Assembly (NCBI GenBank): GCA_965208105.1
Contig: OZ242318.1
Span: 4,384,001 to 4,448,000, forward strand
Direction of reading: 5' to 3'
Length of the DNA: 64,000 nt
DNA from: Candidatus Latescibacterota bacterium
Lineage (GTDB): Bacteria > Latescibacterota > UBA2968 > UBA8231
The translations under genes and the position numbers were made by a program. The notes beneath the pieces are model-generated. The model was not told the origin of the DNA and searched no databases. It saw nothing but the letters and a program-made list of their open reading frames with translations. Shown in pieces: positions 19,077 to 31,596 of this stretch (the stretch's first letter is position 1; the number at the start of each line of letters is the position of its first letter).

Positions 19077-20477
19077 ATGAGCGCCGTCCTGATCAACGCA
19101 GCCTACCTGCTGGCTTCCGTCCTTTTCATCCTCGGGCTCAAGGGGCTCACCCACCCCCGCACGGCCGTGCGCGGGAACCTCCTTGGCGCCCTGGGGATGC
19201 TGGTCGCGGTGGTGGTCACCCTGCTCGACCGGCAAATCCTCAGCTTCGACATTATCCTCGCCGGGGCTGTGCTCGGCGCGGCCATCGGCGCCCTTCTCGC
19301 CCTGAAGATTCGCATGACCGGCATGCCTCAGCTCGTTGCCCTGTTCAACGGGTTCGGCGGCGGCGCCTCGGTCCTGGTGGCCGCGGCGGCCCTGTCCGAG
19401 AGCAAGGCGGGGGGAGGAAGTGACCCGGTGCAGTTCGCCGTGGCCGTTGCCGCCTCGGGGCTCATCGGCGCCGTCACCTTCTGGGGCAGCCTTCTCGCCT
19501 TCGTCAAACTGCAGGAATGGATGAAGCGCGGCGCATCTCTTCCGGGACTGAACTTCTTCAACGTCCTGCTGTTGCTGGCCTGCCTGGGGGCGGGCGGCTT
19601 GATGGTGTGGGAGGCCGCTCCTTTCGCCCTCCCCGTCGACCCCTTCTGGATCATGATAGTCCTGGCCTCGCTCCTCGGCATCTTGCTGGTGGCGCCCATC
19701 GGCGGGGCCGACATGCCGGTGATCATCGCCTTATTGAACTCCTGCTCGGGATTGGCGGCGTCGGCCACCGGGTTCGTGCTGGGAAACAACGTCCTCATTA
19801 TCGCAGGATCACTGGTGGGAGCTTCGGGCCTCATTCTCACCCGGATCATGTGCCGGGCAATGAACCGCTCTCTGGCCAATGTATTCTTCGGGGGTGTGGG
19901 AGCGGCAAAGCCGGAGGCCGCCGGCGGGGACGAGGTCTACTCCGGCAAGGTCAAGTCCACCTCAGCGGCGGAGCTTGCCTTGCTCTTCGAGGTGGCTCGC
20001 CGCGTGGTGATAGTCCCCGGTTACGGCATGGCGGTAGCCCAGGCCCAGCACGCGGTGCGCGATCTGTTCAGCCTGCTCGAGAGCCGCGGCATCGAGGTCG
20101 AGTTCGCCATACACCCGGTGGCCGGGCGCATGCCGGGGCACATGAACGTACTCCTCGCCGAGGCCGAGGTGCCATACGACAAGCTCAAGGAGATGGACCG
20201 CATTAACCCTTCCTTTGCCCAGAGCGACATGGCACTGGTCATCGGGGCCAACGACGTGGTAAATCCCCTGGCGCGCACCGAGTCCACCGGTCCCATCGCC
20301 GGAATGCCGATTCTGGACGTGGACAAGGCGCGCACGGTGGTGGTGATCAAACGCAGCCTGAGTCCGGGATTCGCGGGGATTGCCAACCCGCTCTTCGCAG
20401 CCGACAACACCCTGATGTATTTCGGCAGTGCCAAGGAAGCGGTCCTCGATCTGGTCAAGGCGTTGAAGGAAGGCTGA
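19077..20477 (+). CDS. pntB: NAD(P) transhydrogenase beta subunit
   Basis: IGGADMPV, PGYGMAVAQAQH, HPVAGRMPGHMNVLLAEA, GANDVVNP. Confidence 0.95.
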   Translation: MSAVLINAAYLLASVLFILGLKGLTHPRTAVRGNLLGALGMLVAVVVTLLDRQILSFDIILAGAVLGAAIGALLALKIRMTGMPQLVALFNGFGGGASVLVAAAALSESKAGGGSDPVQFAVAVAASGLIGAVTFWGSLLAFVKLQEWMKRGASLPGLNFFNVLLLLACLGAGGLMVWEAAPFALPVDPFWIMIVLASLLGILLVAPIGGADMPVIIALLNSCSGLAASATGFVLGNNVLIIAGSLVGASGLILTRIMCRAMNRSLANVFFGGVGAAKPEAAGGDEVYSGKVKSTSAAELALLFEVARRVVIVPGYGMAVAQAQHAVRDLFSLLESRGIEVEFAIHPVAGRMPGHMNVLLAEAEVPYDKLKEMDRINPSFAQSDMALVIGANDVVNPLARTESTGPIAGMPILDVDKARTVVVIKRSLSPGFAGIANPLFAADNTLMYFGSAKEAVLDLVKALKEG

Positions 20478-20485
20478 TCTTCCTT

Positions 20486-21505
20486 TCAGCCCTGCCGCTG
20501 CCCTTCCTGCCCGCGTGAGTCCACCACCGCTCGAAACGCCTCGATGTGCTCCGGTCCGGTGCCGCAGCACCCACCTACCAGATAGGCGCCTTCCTCCAGC
20601 AGGTCCACCACTCCGCAGCTCATTTCCCGGGGGTTCTGGTCGTAGTAGGTGCGCATGTTGCCGTCGAGGCGGGGGAGCCCCGCGTTGGGATAGGCCATTA
20701 TGGGCTTTGCCGGGATGTTCCTCTCGGCCATGGCCCGGCGCAGTTGCCGGGTGCCGTTCACGGCGTAGGGCATGCCGGTGTGCTCGACGCGCCTGGGTTC
20801 GGCGCCGCAGTTGGTGCCGAGGATGTGGACCCAATCGAGCAGGTCTTCACCCTTTGAAAATTCTCCGGAGCCGAGGATGTCGAGCAGATCCGCGGGCGAA
20901 TGCCCCCAATCGCTGCGGTATACGGTCTCGCCGCTCTTGCGGTCCCGGGTGTACTTGTAGGTCATGTTCACCGCGATGGGCAGTCCGAACCCTCGCAGAA
21001 CCTCGACTGCCAGGGCGGCCTCCTTGGCGGAGAACATGGTTTCCAGGCAAAGGAAGTCCACCCCGCACTCGGCCAGCTGATTCCCCAGCCTCTCGTGGGC
21101 GTCCCTGACGGCGGAGTTGGGAATCCCCATGTCCACGTCTCCGCTGTCCGCTTCGATGGCGCCCGGGGAAGGCCCGATGGACCCGGCGATGTAGGCGTCC
21201 CTTCCACTCCTTTCGACCGCTCTGCGGGCGTGCTCGACCCCGAGCCTGACGATGCGGTCCGCGTCATCTCCGTCCTTCCCGGCCATTTCGAGGTGAAGGG
21301 TGGAGGCCACGAAGGTATTGGTTCCGATGGCATCGGCCCCGGCGTCGAGATAGGCGGAGTGGATTCCGACCACCGCGTCCGGATTCGATTCGTTGGCCAG
21401 GGAGCTGTTGACCAGCTCCACCCCGTGGTGAAACAAGGTGGCGCCGAAGCCTCCGTCGTATATCATGGGAGTGGGATCCTGCAGTCGCTTCAGAAATGGA
21501 GTCAC
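20486..21505 (-). CDS. Homocysteine S-methyltransferase family protein (stand-alone MetH N-terminal-type domain)
   Basis: YDGGFGAT, GADAIGTNTF, GTNCG and GGCCGT Zn ligands, YPNAGLP. The start is uncertain (GTG 21505 or ATG 21559). Confidence 0.88.
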   Translation of the reverse strand: MTPFLKRLQDPTPMIYDGGFGATLFHHGVELVNSSLANESNPDAVVGIHSAYLDAGADAIGTNTFVASTLHLEMAGKDGDDADRIVRLGVEHARRAVERSGRDAYIAGSIGPSPGAIEADSGDVDMGIPNSAVRDAHERLGNQLAECGVDFLCLETMFSAKEAALAVEVLRGFGLPIAVNMTYKYTRDRKSGETVYRSDWGHSPADLLDILGSGEFSKGEDLLDWVHILGTNCGAEPRRVEHTGMPYAVNGTRQLRRAMAERNIPAKPIMAYPNAGLPRLDGNMRTYYDQNPREMSCGVVDLLEEGAYLVGGCCGTGPEHIEAFRAVVDSRGQEGQRQG

Positions 21506-21538
21506 GGGAATTTCTCGTCGCAAAAGGAGGGTGTCATC

Positions 21539-21580
21539 AAGATATCCCCGTGTTGACATGTGTCAATATATCCCTAGCTT
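21539..21580. promoter_or_regulatory. Palindromic back-to-back sigma70-like promoters between the HMT gene and ahcY
   Basis: TTGACA-TG-TGTCAA (21553-21566). TAGCTT lies 16 nt downstream on + and TATCTT 16 nt downstream on -. Confidence 0.5.
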
Positions 21581-21632
21581 TTCGATGCCCGATTCGAACC
21601 ACTTGAACCCATCGCGAAAGAGGACGTGAAAC

Positions 21633-22960
<1,328 letters not shown>

Positions 22961-22964
<4 letters not shown>

Positions 22965-23674
22965 TGCCTGCTTGCGCAATTCCGCGTGAATTCGGCCGCC
23001 ATTTTGGACCGGATCTCGGAGATCCAGCCGACCAGTTCCCTGACCTTGCGCGTCAGGGCCTCGAAGTCGCCGGAGGCCGCGATATCAGGCGTGATCAGGG
23101 TGGAGCCGATGCCGACGCAGGCGACGCCGGCCCCGAACCACTCCTCCATGCTCTCGCGGCTGGCGTCCACCCCTCCGGTGGGCATGATGCGGGTCCAGGG
23201 ACAGGGCCCCAGCACCGCCTTGACGAAGGACGGGCCGCCCACCTCCTTCCCTGGAAAAACCTTGACGATCTCCGCACCCAGTTCCTCGGCCCGGGAGATC
23301 TCGCTGACGCTTCCGCACCCCGGGGAGTAGGCGATCTTGCGGCGATTGCAGAGGCGCGCGACCTCGGGATTGAGCAGGGGGCCGACCACGAAGTTGGCGC
23401 CGTTGCCGATGTATAGGGCGGCGGTGGGAGCGTCGACCACGGAGCCGACGCCGAGAATGACGTCGACTTCGTTGGCGATGATATGCTGCATGGCGGCGGC
23501 AAAGACGTGGTGGGCGAGGTCGCCGCGGTTGGTGAACTCCACCACCCGGGCGCCTCCCCTGGCGCAGGCCTCCATGATGGAGATGGCGGTCTCGGCGTCT
23601 TTGTGGTAGAAGACCGGGACCACGCCGATTTCGAGGATGGCGTTGAGGACCGTCATCCTGTCGTACTGGGCCAT
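22961..23674 (-). CDS. eda: KDPG/KHG aldolase
   Basis: [28 protein letters not shown]. Confidence 0.9.
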
Positions 23675-23897
23675 GAAATACTCCTCGTTGGGCGACTTGA
23701 GCGTCCTTGTTCCGCACCCAGAATATAGCGGGGCGGGACCGCTCCTGCCAGCCGAGACCACTGCATCTGAAATTTCCGCGCCGGCACCTCGGCGGCCCTC
23801 AGCGGCCACGAGGCGCCTCCAACCTGCCCGGGCGGAATCGCAGCCGGTTGATTCCGCCGCGAAGTGGATATAACTTCATTGCACCGGAGGTGAGCAG

Positions 23898-25136
23898 ATG
23901 GGTGAATTACAGGTAAACGAGGGCTTGCTGGCAGACGTCGCCTACTTTGCCGACGAGAGGCGCCGGCGACGGATGATCGAGTTTTTCGGCTTCGAGCAGC
24001 GCCGCGTCATCTTTGGGGAAGGGGCGCTGCGCACCCTGGGGCAGGAGTGCGCCAGGCTGGGAGCCGGGCGCGTCCTCCTGGTGCGCGATCCAGGGATAGA
24101 AGCATTGGAGAAACCTGTGCGCGAAGCCCTGGGAGGGGTGGAGGTGGTGGGGGTGTACGACGACATCGTGCCCAACCCCACGGTGGCCAGCGTGGAACGC
24201 TTCGCGGCCAGGATGGGGACGGTGGAGTGCGATGCGGTGGTTGCGGTAGGCGGGGGCAGCACCCTGGACACGGTCAAGACCGGGCTGTGCGTGGCCAGCG
24301 CCGGCGTGCCGGTGGCGGATATCCTGGGCATCGATCTGGTGCCGGGGCCTACGCGCTGGCCCCTGGTCGCCGTGCCAACCACGGCCGGAACCGGAAGCGA
24401 GGTCAGCCGCGGAGCAGTGGTGGCGGACGAGGACGGCAAGAAGGGGCTCATCAGCGATTACATGTGGCCCAAGGTGGCCGTAGTGGACCCGCGAATGAGC
24501 GGCGGCATGCCTCCCGGCCTGACCGCCACCACGGGGCTCGACGCCCTCGGTCATGCCCTTGAATGCATGGCCTCCAAGCTGACCAACCCCATCGGCGACG
24601 CCGTCGCCCGCGAGGCGCTGCAGGCCGGTTGTCCCGCGATCATCCGGGCGATCGAGCAGGGTGCCGCGGATCCCGAGGCGCGCCGCCGGATGGCGCGCTG
24701 CAGCCTGCTGGGCGGTCTGCTCCTCAGTCACATCAATACGGGTGCCGCCCACGCCCTGGGCTACGGCATCGAGAAGTTGTCGGCAGCCGCCGGCCGGCCC
24801 GTGCCCCACGGCACGGCCGTGGCCCTGATGCTTCCGGGGGTGATCCGCCACAATATGCCCGCGGTGGCGGACAAGTACTACTACGCGGCCGGGGTGGCGG
24901 GCCTGGACTTGGCGGGCAGGAGCCTCGAGGAGGGCGTGGGGATGGCGGCCCGCTGGGTAGACGACCTCAGGCGCGCTCACACTCCCTTCGGTTCCCTGCG
25001 GGATGCGGGCCTGGGGGAGGACCACATTCCACAAATGGTGGAAGTCGGGCTGTCGGTGCGCCGCCTCATGGACCAGAACCCGGTGGAAGTGAGCGCCGAG
25101 GATGCGGCGGCCATCTACCGCGGGGTGCTGCGCTGA
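23898..25136 (+). CDS. Iron-containing alcohol dehydrogenase
   Basis: VGGGSTLD, PTTAGTGSEV, DALGHALE, AAHAL...PHG. Confidence 0.9.
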   Translation: MGELQVNEGLLADVAYFADERRRRRMIEFFGFEQRRVIFGEGALRTLGQECARLGAGRVLLVRDPGIEALEKPVREALGGVEVVGVYDDIVPNPTVASVERFAARMGTVECDAVVAVGGGSTLDTVKTGLCVASAGVPVADILGIDLVPGPTRWPLVAVPTTAGTGSEVSRGAVVADEDGKKGLISDYMWPKVAVVDPRMSGGMPPGLTATTGLDALGHALECMASKLTNPIGDAVAREALQAGCPAIIRAIEQGAADPEARRRMARCSLLGGLLLSHINTGAAHALGYGIEKLSAAAGRPVPHGTAVALMLPGVIRHNMPAVADKYYYAAGVAGLDLAGRSLEEGVGMAARWVDDLRRAHTPFGSLRDAGLGEDHIPQMVEVGLSVRRLMDQNPVEVSAEDAAAIYRGVLR

Positions 25137-25195
25137 AGAGCGGCGGGCCCCGAGACCAGCCTGCCAAACGAATCGCATACCGAAAGGAGTCGACC

Positions 25196-26533
<1,338 letters not shown>

Positions 26534-26600
26534 CAGCCCGGATGGACTTTTTCAACGGGCTGCTGGACCGGGAATGGCCGCAGGAAAGGGAGAGGTGGAA

Positions 26601-27005
26601 ATGGGGGACAAGGTAGTCAAAAGCGAGGAGGAGTGGCGCCGGCAACTCACCCAGGAGCAGTACGAGGTTGCGCGGCGGAAGGGGACCGAACGGGCCTTTT
26701 CCGGCAAGTACTTCAACTTCAAAGGGAACGGCATCTACAAGTGCGTCTGCTGCGGCAGCGAGTTGTTCAGCTCCCGGACCAAGTACGATTCGGGAACGGG
26801 CTGGCCCAGTTTCTGGGAGCCGATTGCCGCCGAAAGGGTGCGGGAAGAGGAAGACAGGAGCTACGGGATGGTGCGGGTGGAGGTGGTGTGCAGCCGATGC
26901 GACGCGCACCTGGGGCACGTCTTTCCCGACGGACCCCAGCCCACGGGGCAGCGCTATTGCATGAACTCGGCGGCTCTGAGCTTCGATTCCGGTGAAGGAA
27001 GCTGA
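26601..27005 (+). CDS. msrB: Peptide methionine sulfoxide reductase MsrB
   Basis: [30 protein letters not shown]. Confidence 0.95.
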   Translation: MGDKVVKSEEEWRRQLTQEQYEVARRKGTERAFSGKYFNFKGNGIYKCVCCGSELFSSRTKYDSGTGWPSFWEPIAAERVREEEDRSYGMVRVEVVCSRCDAHLGHVFPDGPQPTGQRYCMNSAALSFDSGEGS

Positions 27006-27206
27006 ATCCCGGTTCCGGGAGGCCGGAACTCCCGGACCACAACTCATATAGGAGCCTTCCCCATTCCGGTCTCTTCTCATTCCACCTTCACATGGATGGT
27101 CTGATCGCGACGGTGGAGCCATCCGGGACCGCCGCGAACACGGCGGCGTGCTCGCTTAAATCCCTGAGGGCAGCCATCGTCCCCTCGATACCCGGGCTTT
27201 CCCGGC

Positions 27207-28340
27207 TCAGGCGCGTTTCAGCGCATCTCCCAGGGCATCCAGGAGATTTTCGACGTCGTCCATGGTATTGTAGCCGTGGATCGCCACCCGCAGCCGGCCT
27301 GCATGGCTCATGATGTGGACGTTGCGCTGGTGCAGGATGCGGTTGATGTGTTCGGCCTTCGGGTGGCGGAAGGAGACGATCCCGGCCAGCTCGCCCCCTT
27401 CGTCGGGGGTGATCAGCTCCACCGGCAGCTTCTCGAGGCCCTCCAGGCACGCCCGCACCAGGGGATCGGCGTGGCCGGCGATGGCCTCCACTCCCACCGA
27501 GTCGATATAGCCCAGTGCGGCATTCACCGCGTAGACCGCGGAGTAGTTGGGCATTCCCACGCTGAAGCTGTCGGCGCCCGGCTTGCTTACGGCGCGCTCG
27601 AAGCGGTCTTCGCGCAGGAAGGGTTCCTCCAGGTTGAACCAGCCTCCCGCGGGCACGGTCCACTCCGCCGTTCGCCTCCGGGGCACCCCGACGAGGCCGC
27701 CGCCGTGGGTGGCGAGAATCCACTTGTGGGTGGAGCTGACGATCAGGTCGGCCCCCTCCAGGTTCAGCGGAACCCTTCCCAGGGCCTGGGTCACGTCCAC
27801 GGCGACCAGGGCAGGAGAGTGGCGCCTTGTCGCTTCCACCACGGCCTCCAGCGGCACCTTGAAGCCGTTGAAGAAGCTGACCAGGGAAACGGCGAGGAGG
27901 CGGGTCCTGGGGCTCAGCAACGGCTGCAGGTCGTCGACCCGCAAGGCCCCCTGTCGGGCTCGCCACACCTTGACCGCGGCCGCGCAGCTGGGTTGCAGCC
28001 ACGGGGTGGCGCCGGCGGGAAAGTCCAGATCGGTGATGATCACCTCGTCTCCAGGGCGCAGCTGGAGGGCGAGGGCGGCCAGGTTGTAGGCTTCGGAGGA
28101 GCACGAGCAGAGACCGATTTCCTCCGGCTTCAGGCCCAGGGCGCGCCCCGCCCGCATGCGCAGGGAGCGGCGCCGGGCATCGTGCAGCGGGCGCCCGTCC
28201 ATGCCGAGCAATTTGTCCTTGCCGTACTGGGCAAGGGCATCCAGGACCACCTGGGGCGGAATGCCTTCGGCGGCGGTATTCAGGTAGGCCTGGCTCTCCA
28301 GGGACGGAAAGTCCCTCCTCCTCGATGCCTGGTCCAGCAC
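27207..28340 (-). CDS. Class V aminotransferase (cysteine desulfurase/selenocysteine lyase-like)
   Basis: YLNTAAEG, VDVTQALG, SSTHKWIL, LRVAIHGYNT. Confidence 0.88.
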   Translation of the reverse strand: MLDQASRRRDFPSLESQAYLNTAAEGIPPQVVLDALAQYGKDKLLGMDGRPLHDARRRSLRMRAGRALGLKPEEIGLCSCSSEAYNLAALALQLRPGDEVIITDLDFPAGATPWLQPSCAAAVKVWRARQGALRVDDLQPLLSPRTRLLAVSLVSFFNGFKVPLEAVVEATRRHSPALVAVDVTQALGRVPLNLEGADLIVSSTHKWILATHGGGLVGVPRRRTAEWTVPAGGWFNLEEPFLREDRFERAVSKPGADSFSVGMPNYSAVYAVNAALGYIDSVGVEAIAGHADPLVRACLEGLEKLPVELITPDEGGELAGIVSFRHPKAEHINRILHQRNVHIMSHAGRLRVAIHGYNTMDDVENLLDALGDALKRA

Positions 28341-28356
28341 AGTCCGTTCCTTTCCT

Positions 28357-31300
28357 TCAGTTGGCCCGCCGCGGGTCCGGCCGCCTGCCGGAACCTCCCT
28401 GCCGGGAAGGCCCTGGTTTTCTCCGTTCCACCAGTTGCCCCAGGTCCCAGCGCACCGGTATGCGCATGCGCCCCTCGTCCTTGCGGTCGAAGAGGAGGTA
28501 GCCCCGCTCCAGGCCGTGGCGAAAGAGATCGCGGGTGATCTCCACGTCCTTGCGGCAGTATTTTTCGATAAGGTCCATGCGCCCTTCCTTGTACCAGCGC
28601 AGGGCCTGCAGCCCGTCCGCCGATTTCGGCGTGTTCAAGGTGGCCTTGGCCAGGGCGTCCAGGCTGACCCTGTAGCTGAGGCGGGCGTACACCTCGCGCA
28701 GGATGTCCAGGGTGTTCAACTGGCGGAAGTCGAACCTGGTGTAGCCCCTGAGGACGCTGTAGTCGAAGCCGGCGATATTGAAGCCTATGACCAGGTCCGC
28801 GCTGCGCAGGTGCTCGACCAGGGCTTCCACTTCGTTTTCGAAATAAGGCGAAAAGCCGTCGAGATGGCTGTCCCAGACGATTCCCACGGACATGCCCATG
28901 AGATAGGCCTTGTCCCAGCCGCCCACCTCGCTGGCGCTGCGCATGGTTTCCAGGTCGAAGACCGCCAGCCGCGGTCCCCGGTCCGCAATTTCCTCTTCCT
29001 CTCCACCTTCTTCCTCCTCTTCCCACGAGGCGAAGAGCGGCGGCTCGTCCCCGGCGCCGGGCAGGGGGTCCACTCCCAGAGACCGGCGCCCGCTGAGGAG
29101 GCGGAGCAGGTGAATGCAGCCGGCCTTGTCCAGGGGCGCGTTGCCGGCGCCGCAGGTGGGAAAGTGGATACAGGAAGGGCAGCCCTGCTCGCACTCGCAG
29201 GCTTCCACCAGCTCCAGGGTCATCTCCAGGAGGCGGTCGAGCACCACGAATCCCTTCTCGGCCAGGCCGATGCCGCCGGGGTAGTAGTCGTAGATGAAGA
29301 TCGCCCCCTTGCGAATCTGGGGATGGAGGGGATAGCAGATGCCGCCCACGTCGGTGCGGTTGCTCAGGGCGAGGAGGGGGAAGAGGGACTTCACGGCATG
29401 CTCGACCGCGTGAATCGAGCCCATGTAGTGGAATCCCCGGCGCCGCAGTTCCTTCTGGAAAGGGGGATCCAGCTCCAGCCAGAATCCGGTGGTTTCGAAG
29501 TGCTCCACCGGCGCCTCGAGCGGGTGGCGGCTGAGGACGAGCTGGTCGCCGACGCGGATCTTCTCGTAGCCCACCACCTGGGAGCTGACCTTGAGGCGGC
29601 CGTATTTGGCCAGATAGCCCGGCATGGGCCTGGACCGCAGCTCCTCGAGGACCTCGGTCTCCTTCTCGGTGAGGGCGCGGGTGTAGTAGGGTTCGTCCAC
29701 TTCGCGGGCGAAGATCCGCCGCCTGGCCGCATCTCTGCCGGAGATGAGAAACTGGCGCCCGCGGTGCAGGTAGACGGCGCCGTCGTAGCACTCGGAGTAG
29801 ACCTGGCTGCCGCTCACCGTGGCGATGACCTTCGTCGTATCCTGGCGGCAGATGGTCCAGGCCTCGCCGATGGCGCGCATGTTGACCAGGCGATGCGGCC
29901 GCCGCCGCGCCGCGTACCAGGCGTCGCCCTCCGCGCTCTGCAGCAGGACGCCCTCTTCCACCAGTTCCTCCAGGGCCTGGCGCCAGCCCGGGAGGTCGTA
30001 TTCGGCCTCGTGCAGGGCGAGGGGCAGCTCGCGCGCGGCGCAGGCCAGATGGCTTTTGAGGATGTAGGGGTTGGCAGGGTCGACCACGGCGTCCTCGAAG
30101 GAGCGCCCGAAGAATTGCCCCGGGTGCTTCATGAAGAACTGGTCCAAGGCGTCCTTGCTGGCGATGAGAATGATCAGGGACTCGCGGCTGGAGCGGCCCA
30201 CCCTCCCGGCGCGCTGCCAGGTGCTGACGATGGAGCCGGGATAGCCCACCAGGATGCACACGTCCAGGCTGCCCAGGTCGATCCCCAGCTCGAGGGCGGA
30301 GGTCGATACCACCCCGACCAGGTCGCCGCTGTTGAGCGCGGCTTCGATCTGGCGCCGCTCCTCGGGCAGGTAGCCGGCGCGATAGGAGCTGATGAGGGGG
30401 CGCAGGTCGGGGCGCTTGGCCGTGGCCCAGCGGTAGATGAGCTCGGTGATGACCCGGGCGCGGGTGAAGACGATGGTGCGGAAACTCCGTCCCACGCTCT
30501 GTTGCAGCAGCTGCGCCGCCAGGGTGTTGGGGCTCTCCCCGGGGTTGAGGAAGACGAAGTGGCGCGGGGCGCTGGGTGCGCCGTTATCCACTATGGGGTG
30601 GAAGGTCCGGTTCACCAGCCTGGAAGCCAGCTCCTCGGGGTTGCCGATGGTGGCCGAGCAGGCGATGTAGGTGGGGGCGCTGCCGTAGGAGGCGCAGACG
30701 CGGTTGAAGCGGCGGAAGAGATGGAGGACGTGGGAGCCGAAGACTCCGCTGTAGGTGTGGAGCTCGTCGATGACGACGTATTTGAGCGCGGCGAAGAAGG
30801 ATGCCCAGTGCTCGTGGAAGGCGAGCAGGGCGGCGTGCAGCATGTCCGGAGTGGTGATGAGCACGTGCGGCGGCGCGGCCTTGATTTTGGATCGGCGATG
30901 GGCGGTGGTGTCGCCGTCGTAGATGTCCACCCGCAGTCCCCGGTCGAGGCGCCCCAGCAGGGTCTTGAGCTCGTCGAACTGGTCCTGCTCCAGGGCCTTG
31001 AGCGGAAAGATGTAAAGCGCCCTGCCGCCCGGGTCCCGCAGGAGGGAGGCGATCACCGGCGCGTTGTAGACCAGGGTCTTGCCGCTTGACGTGGGTGTGG
31101 CCAGGGCCACGTGCTCGCCCTTCCAGGCTCTTTCGATGCCCTCGGCCTGGTGGCTGTACAGGGCCGGGACCCCGGCGGCGGCGACCACCCGGGCAATCTC
31201 TGCAGGCAGGTGGTCCATGCCGTCCGCCAGGTGCTCCGGGTGCGGCTGGATGGTCTCCTCGTGCACCAGGGAATGGGCGAGGACGCTGCGTTTGAGAGAG

Positions 31301-31362
31301 CCCAGAAAGGCGGATACGGGTTGGGGGGAAGGGCTGTCATCGGGGCTGGCCTGGCGTATCAC
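28357..31362 (-). CDS. DEAD/DEAH helicase with DUF1998 Zn domain (MrfA/YprA/Hrq1-like) fused to a C-terminal DEDD exonuclease (YprB/RNase_H_2-like)
   Basis: TPTSSGKT, DELH, SAT, QRAGRVGR; CECEQGCPSC...C; then FDLET, GFNIAGFD, YCRKDV. Confidence 0.92.
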   Translation of the reverse strand: MIRQASPDDSPSPQPVSAFLGSLKRSVLAHSLVHEETIQPHPEHLADGMDHLPAEIARVVAAAGVPALYSHQAEGIERAWKGEHVALATPTSSGKTLVYNAPVIASLLRDPGGRALYIFPLKALEQDQFDELKTLLGRLDRGLRVDIYDGDTTAHRRSKIKAAPPHVLITTPDMLHAALLAFHEHWASFFAALKYVVIDELHTYSGVFGSHVLHLFRRFNRVCASYGSAPTYIACSATIGNPEELASRLVNRTFHPIVDNGAPSAPRHFVFLNPGESPNTLAAQLLQQSVGRSFRTIVFTRARVITELIYRWATAKRPDLRPLISSYRAGYLPEERRQIEAALNSGDLVGVVSTSALELGIDLGSLDVCILVGYPGSIVSTWQRAGRVGRSSRESLIILIASKDALDQFFMKHPGQFFGRSFEDAVVDPANPYILKSHLACAARELPLALHEAEYDLPGWRQALEELVEEGVLLQSAEGDAWYAARRRPHRLVNMRAIGEAWTICRQDTTKVIATVSGSQVYSECYDGAVYLHRGRQFLISGRDAARRRIFAREVDEPYYTRALTEKETEVLEELRSRPMPGYLAKYGRLKVSSQVVGYEKIRVGDQLVLSRHPLEAPVEHFETTGFWLELDPPFQKELRRRGFHYMGSIHAVEHAVKSLFPLLALSNRTDVGGICYPLHPQIRKGAIFIYDYYPGGIGLAEKGFVVLDRLLEMTLELVEACECEQGCPSCIHFPTCGAGNAPLDKAGCIHLLRLLSGRRSLGVDPLPGAGDEPPLFASWEEEEEGGEEEEIADRGPRLAVFDLETMRSASEVGGWDKAYLMGMSVGIVWDSHLDGFSPYFENEVEALVEHLRSADLVIGFNIAGFDYSVLRGYTRFDFRQLNTLDILREVYARLSYRVSLDALAKATLNTPKSADGLQALRWYKEGRMDLIEKYCRKDVEITRDLFRHGLERGYLLFDRKDEGRMRIPVRWDLGQLVERRKPGPSRQGGSGRRPDPRRAN

Positions 31363-31596
31363 GATGCGGGGGTCCTCGGCTTTGCAAAGGGATGGTATGG
31401 TCTAGAATAGGAGGTTTCCTTCATGTTTTCAAGGCCGCCGTGGGAACCGGGAGGAATGAGGGGAATCCCGGTAAAATTTCAGCCATGGCCGACTTCCATC
31501 CGCAGCACAAATGGGAATGGATGGGCGATTGCTTATATTTCCTGTTGAGACCTTTGTTCGATTTCTCGGAAGAGGCTCTGCGGAGGAAGATCGTTC

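Noticed and set aside
21506-21632. SAH or SAM riboswitch upstream of ahcY
   Set aside because: No recognisable consensus could be found by eye; the region is short and explained by promoters.
26601-27005. Selenocysteine-containing MsrB
   Set aside because: The catalytic residue is Cys (RYCMNS) and there is no in-frame TGA.
28357-31362. DISARM/Druantia-type defence helicase
   Set aside because: No methylase, DrmA/C/D or other defence genes are adjacent. The architecture fits MrfA/YprA repair helicases.
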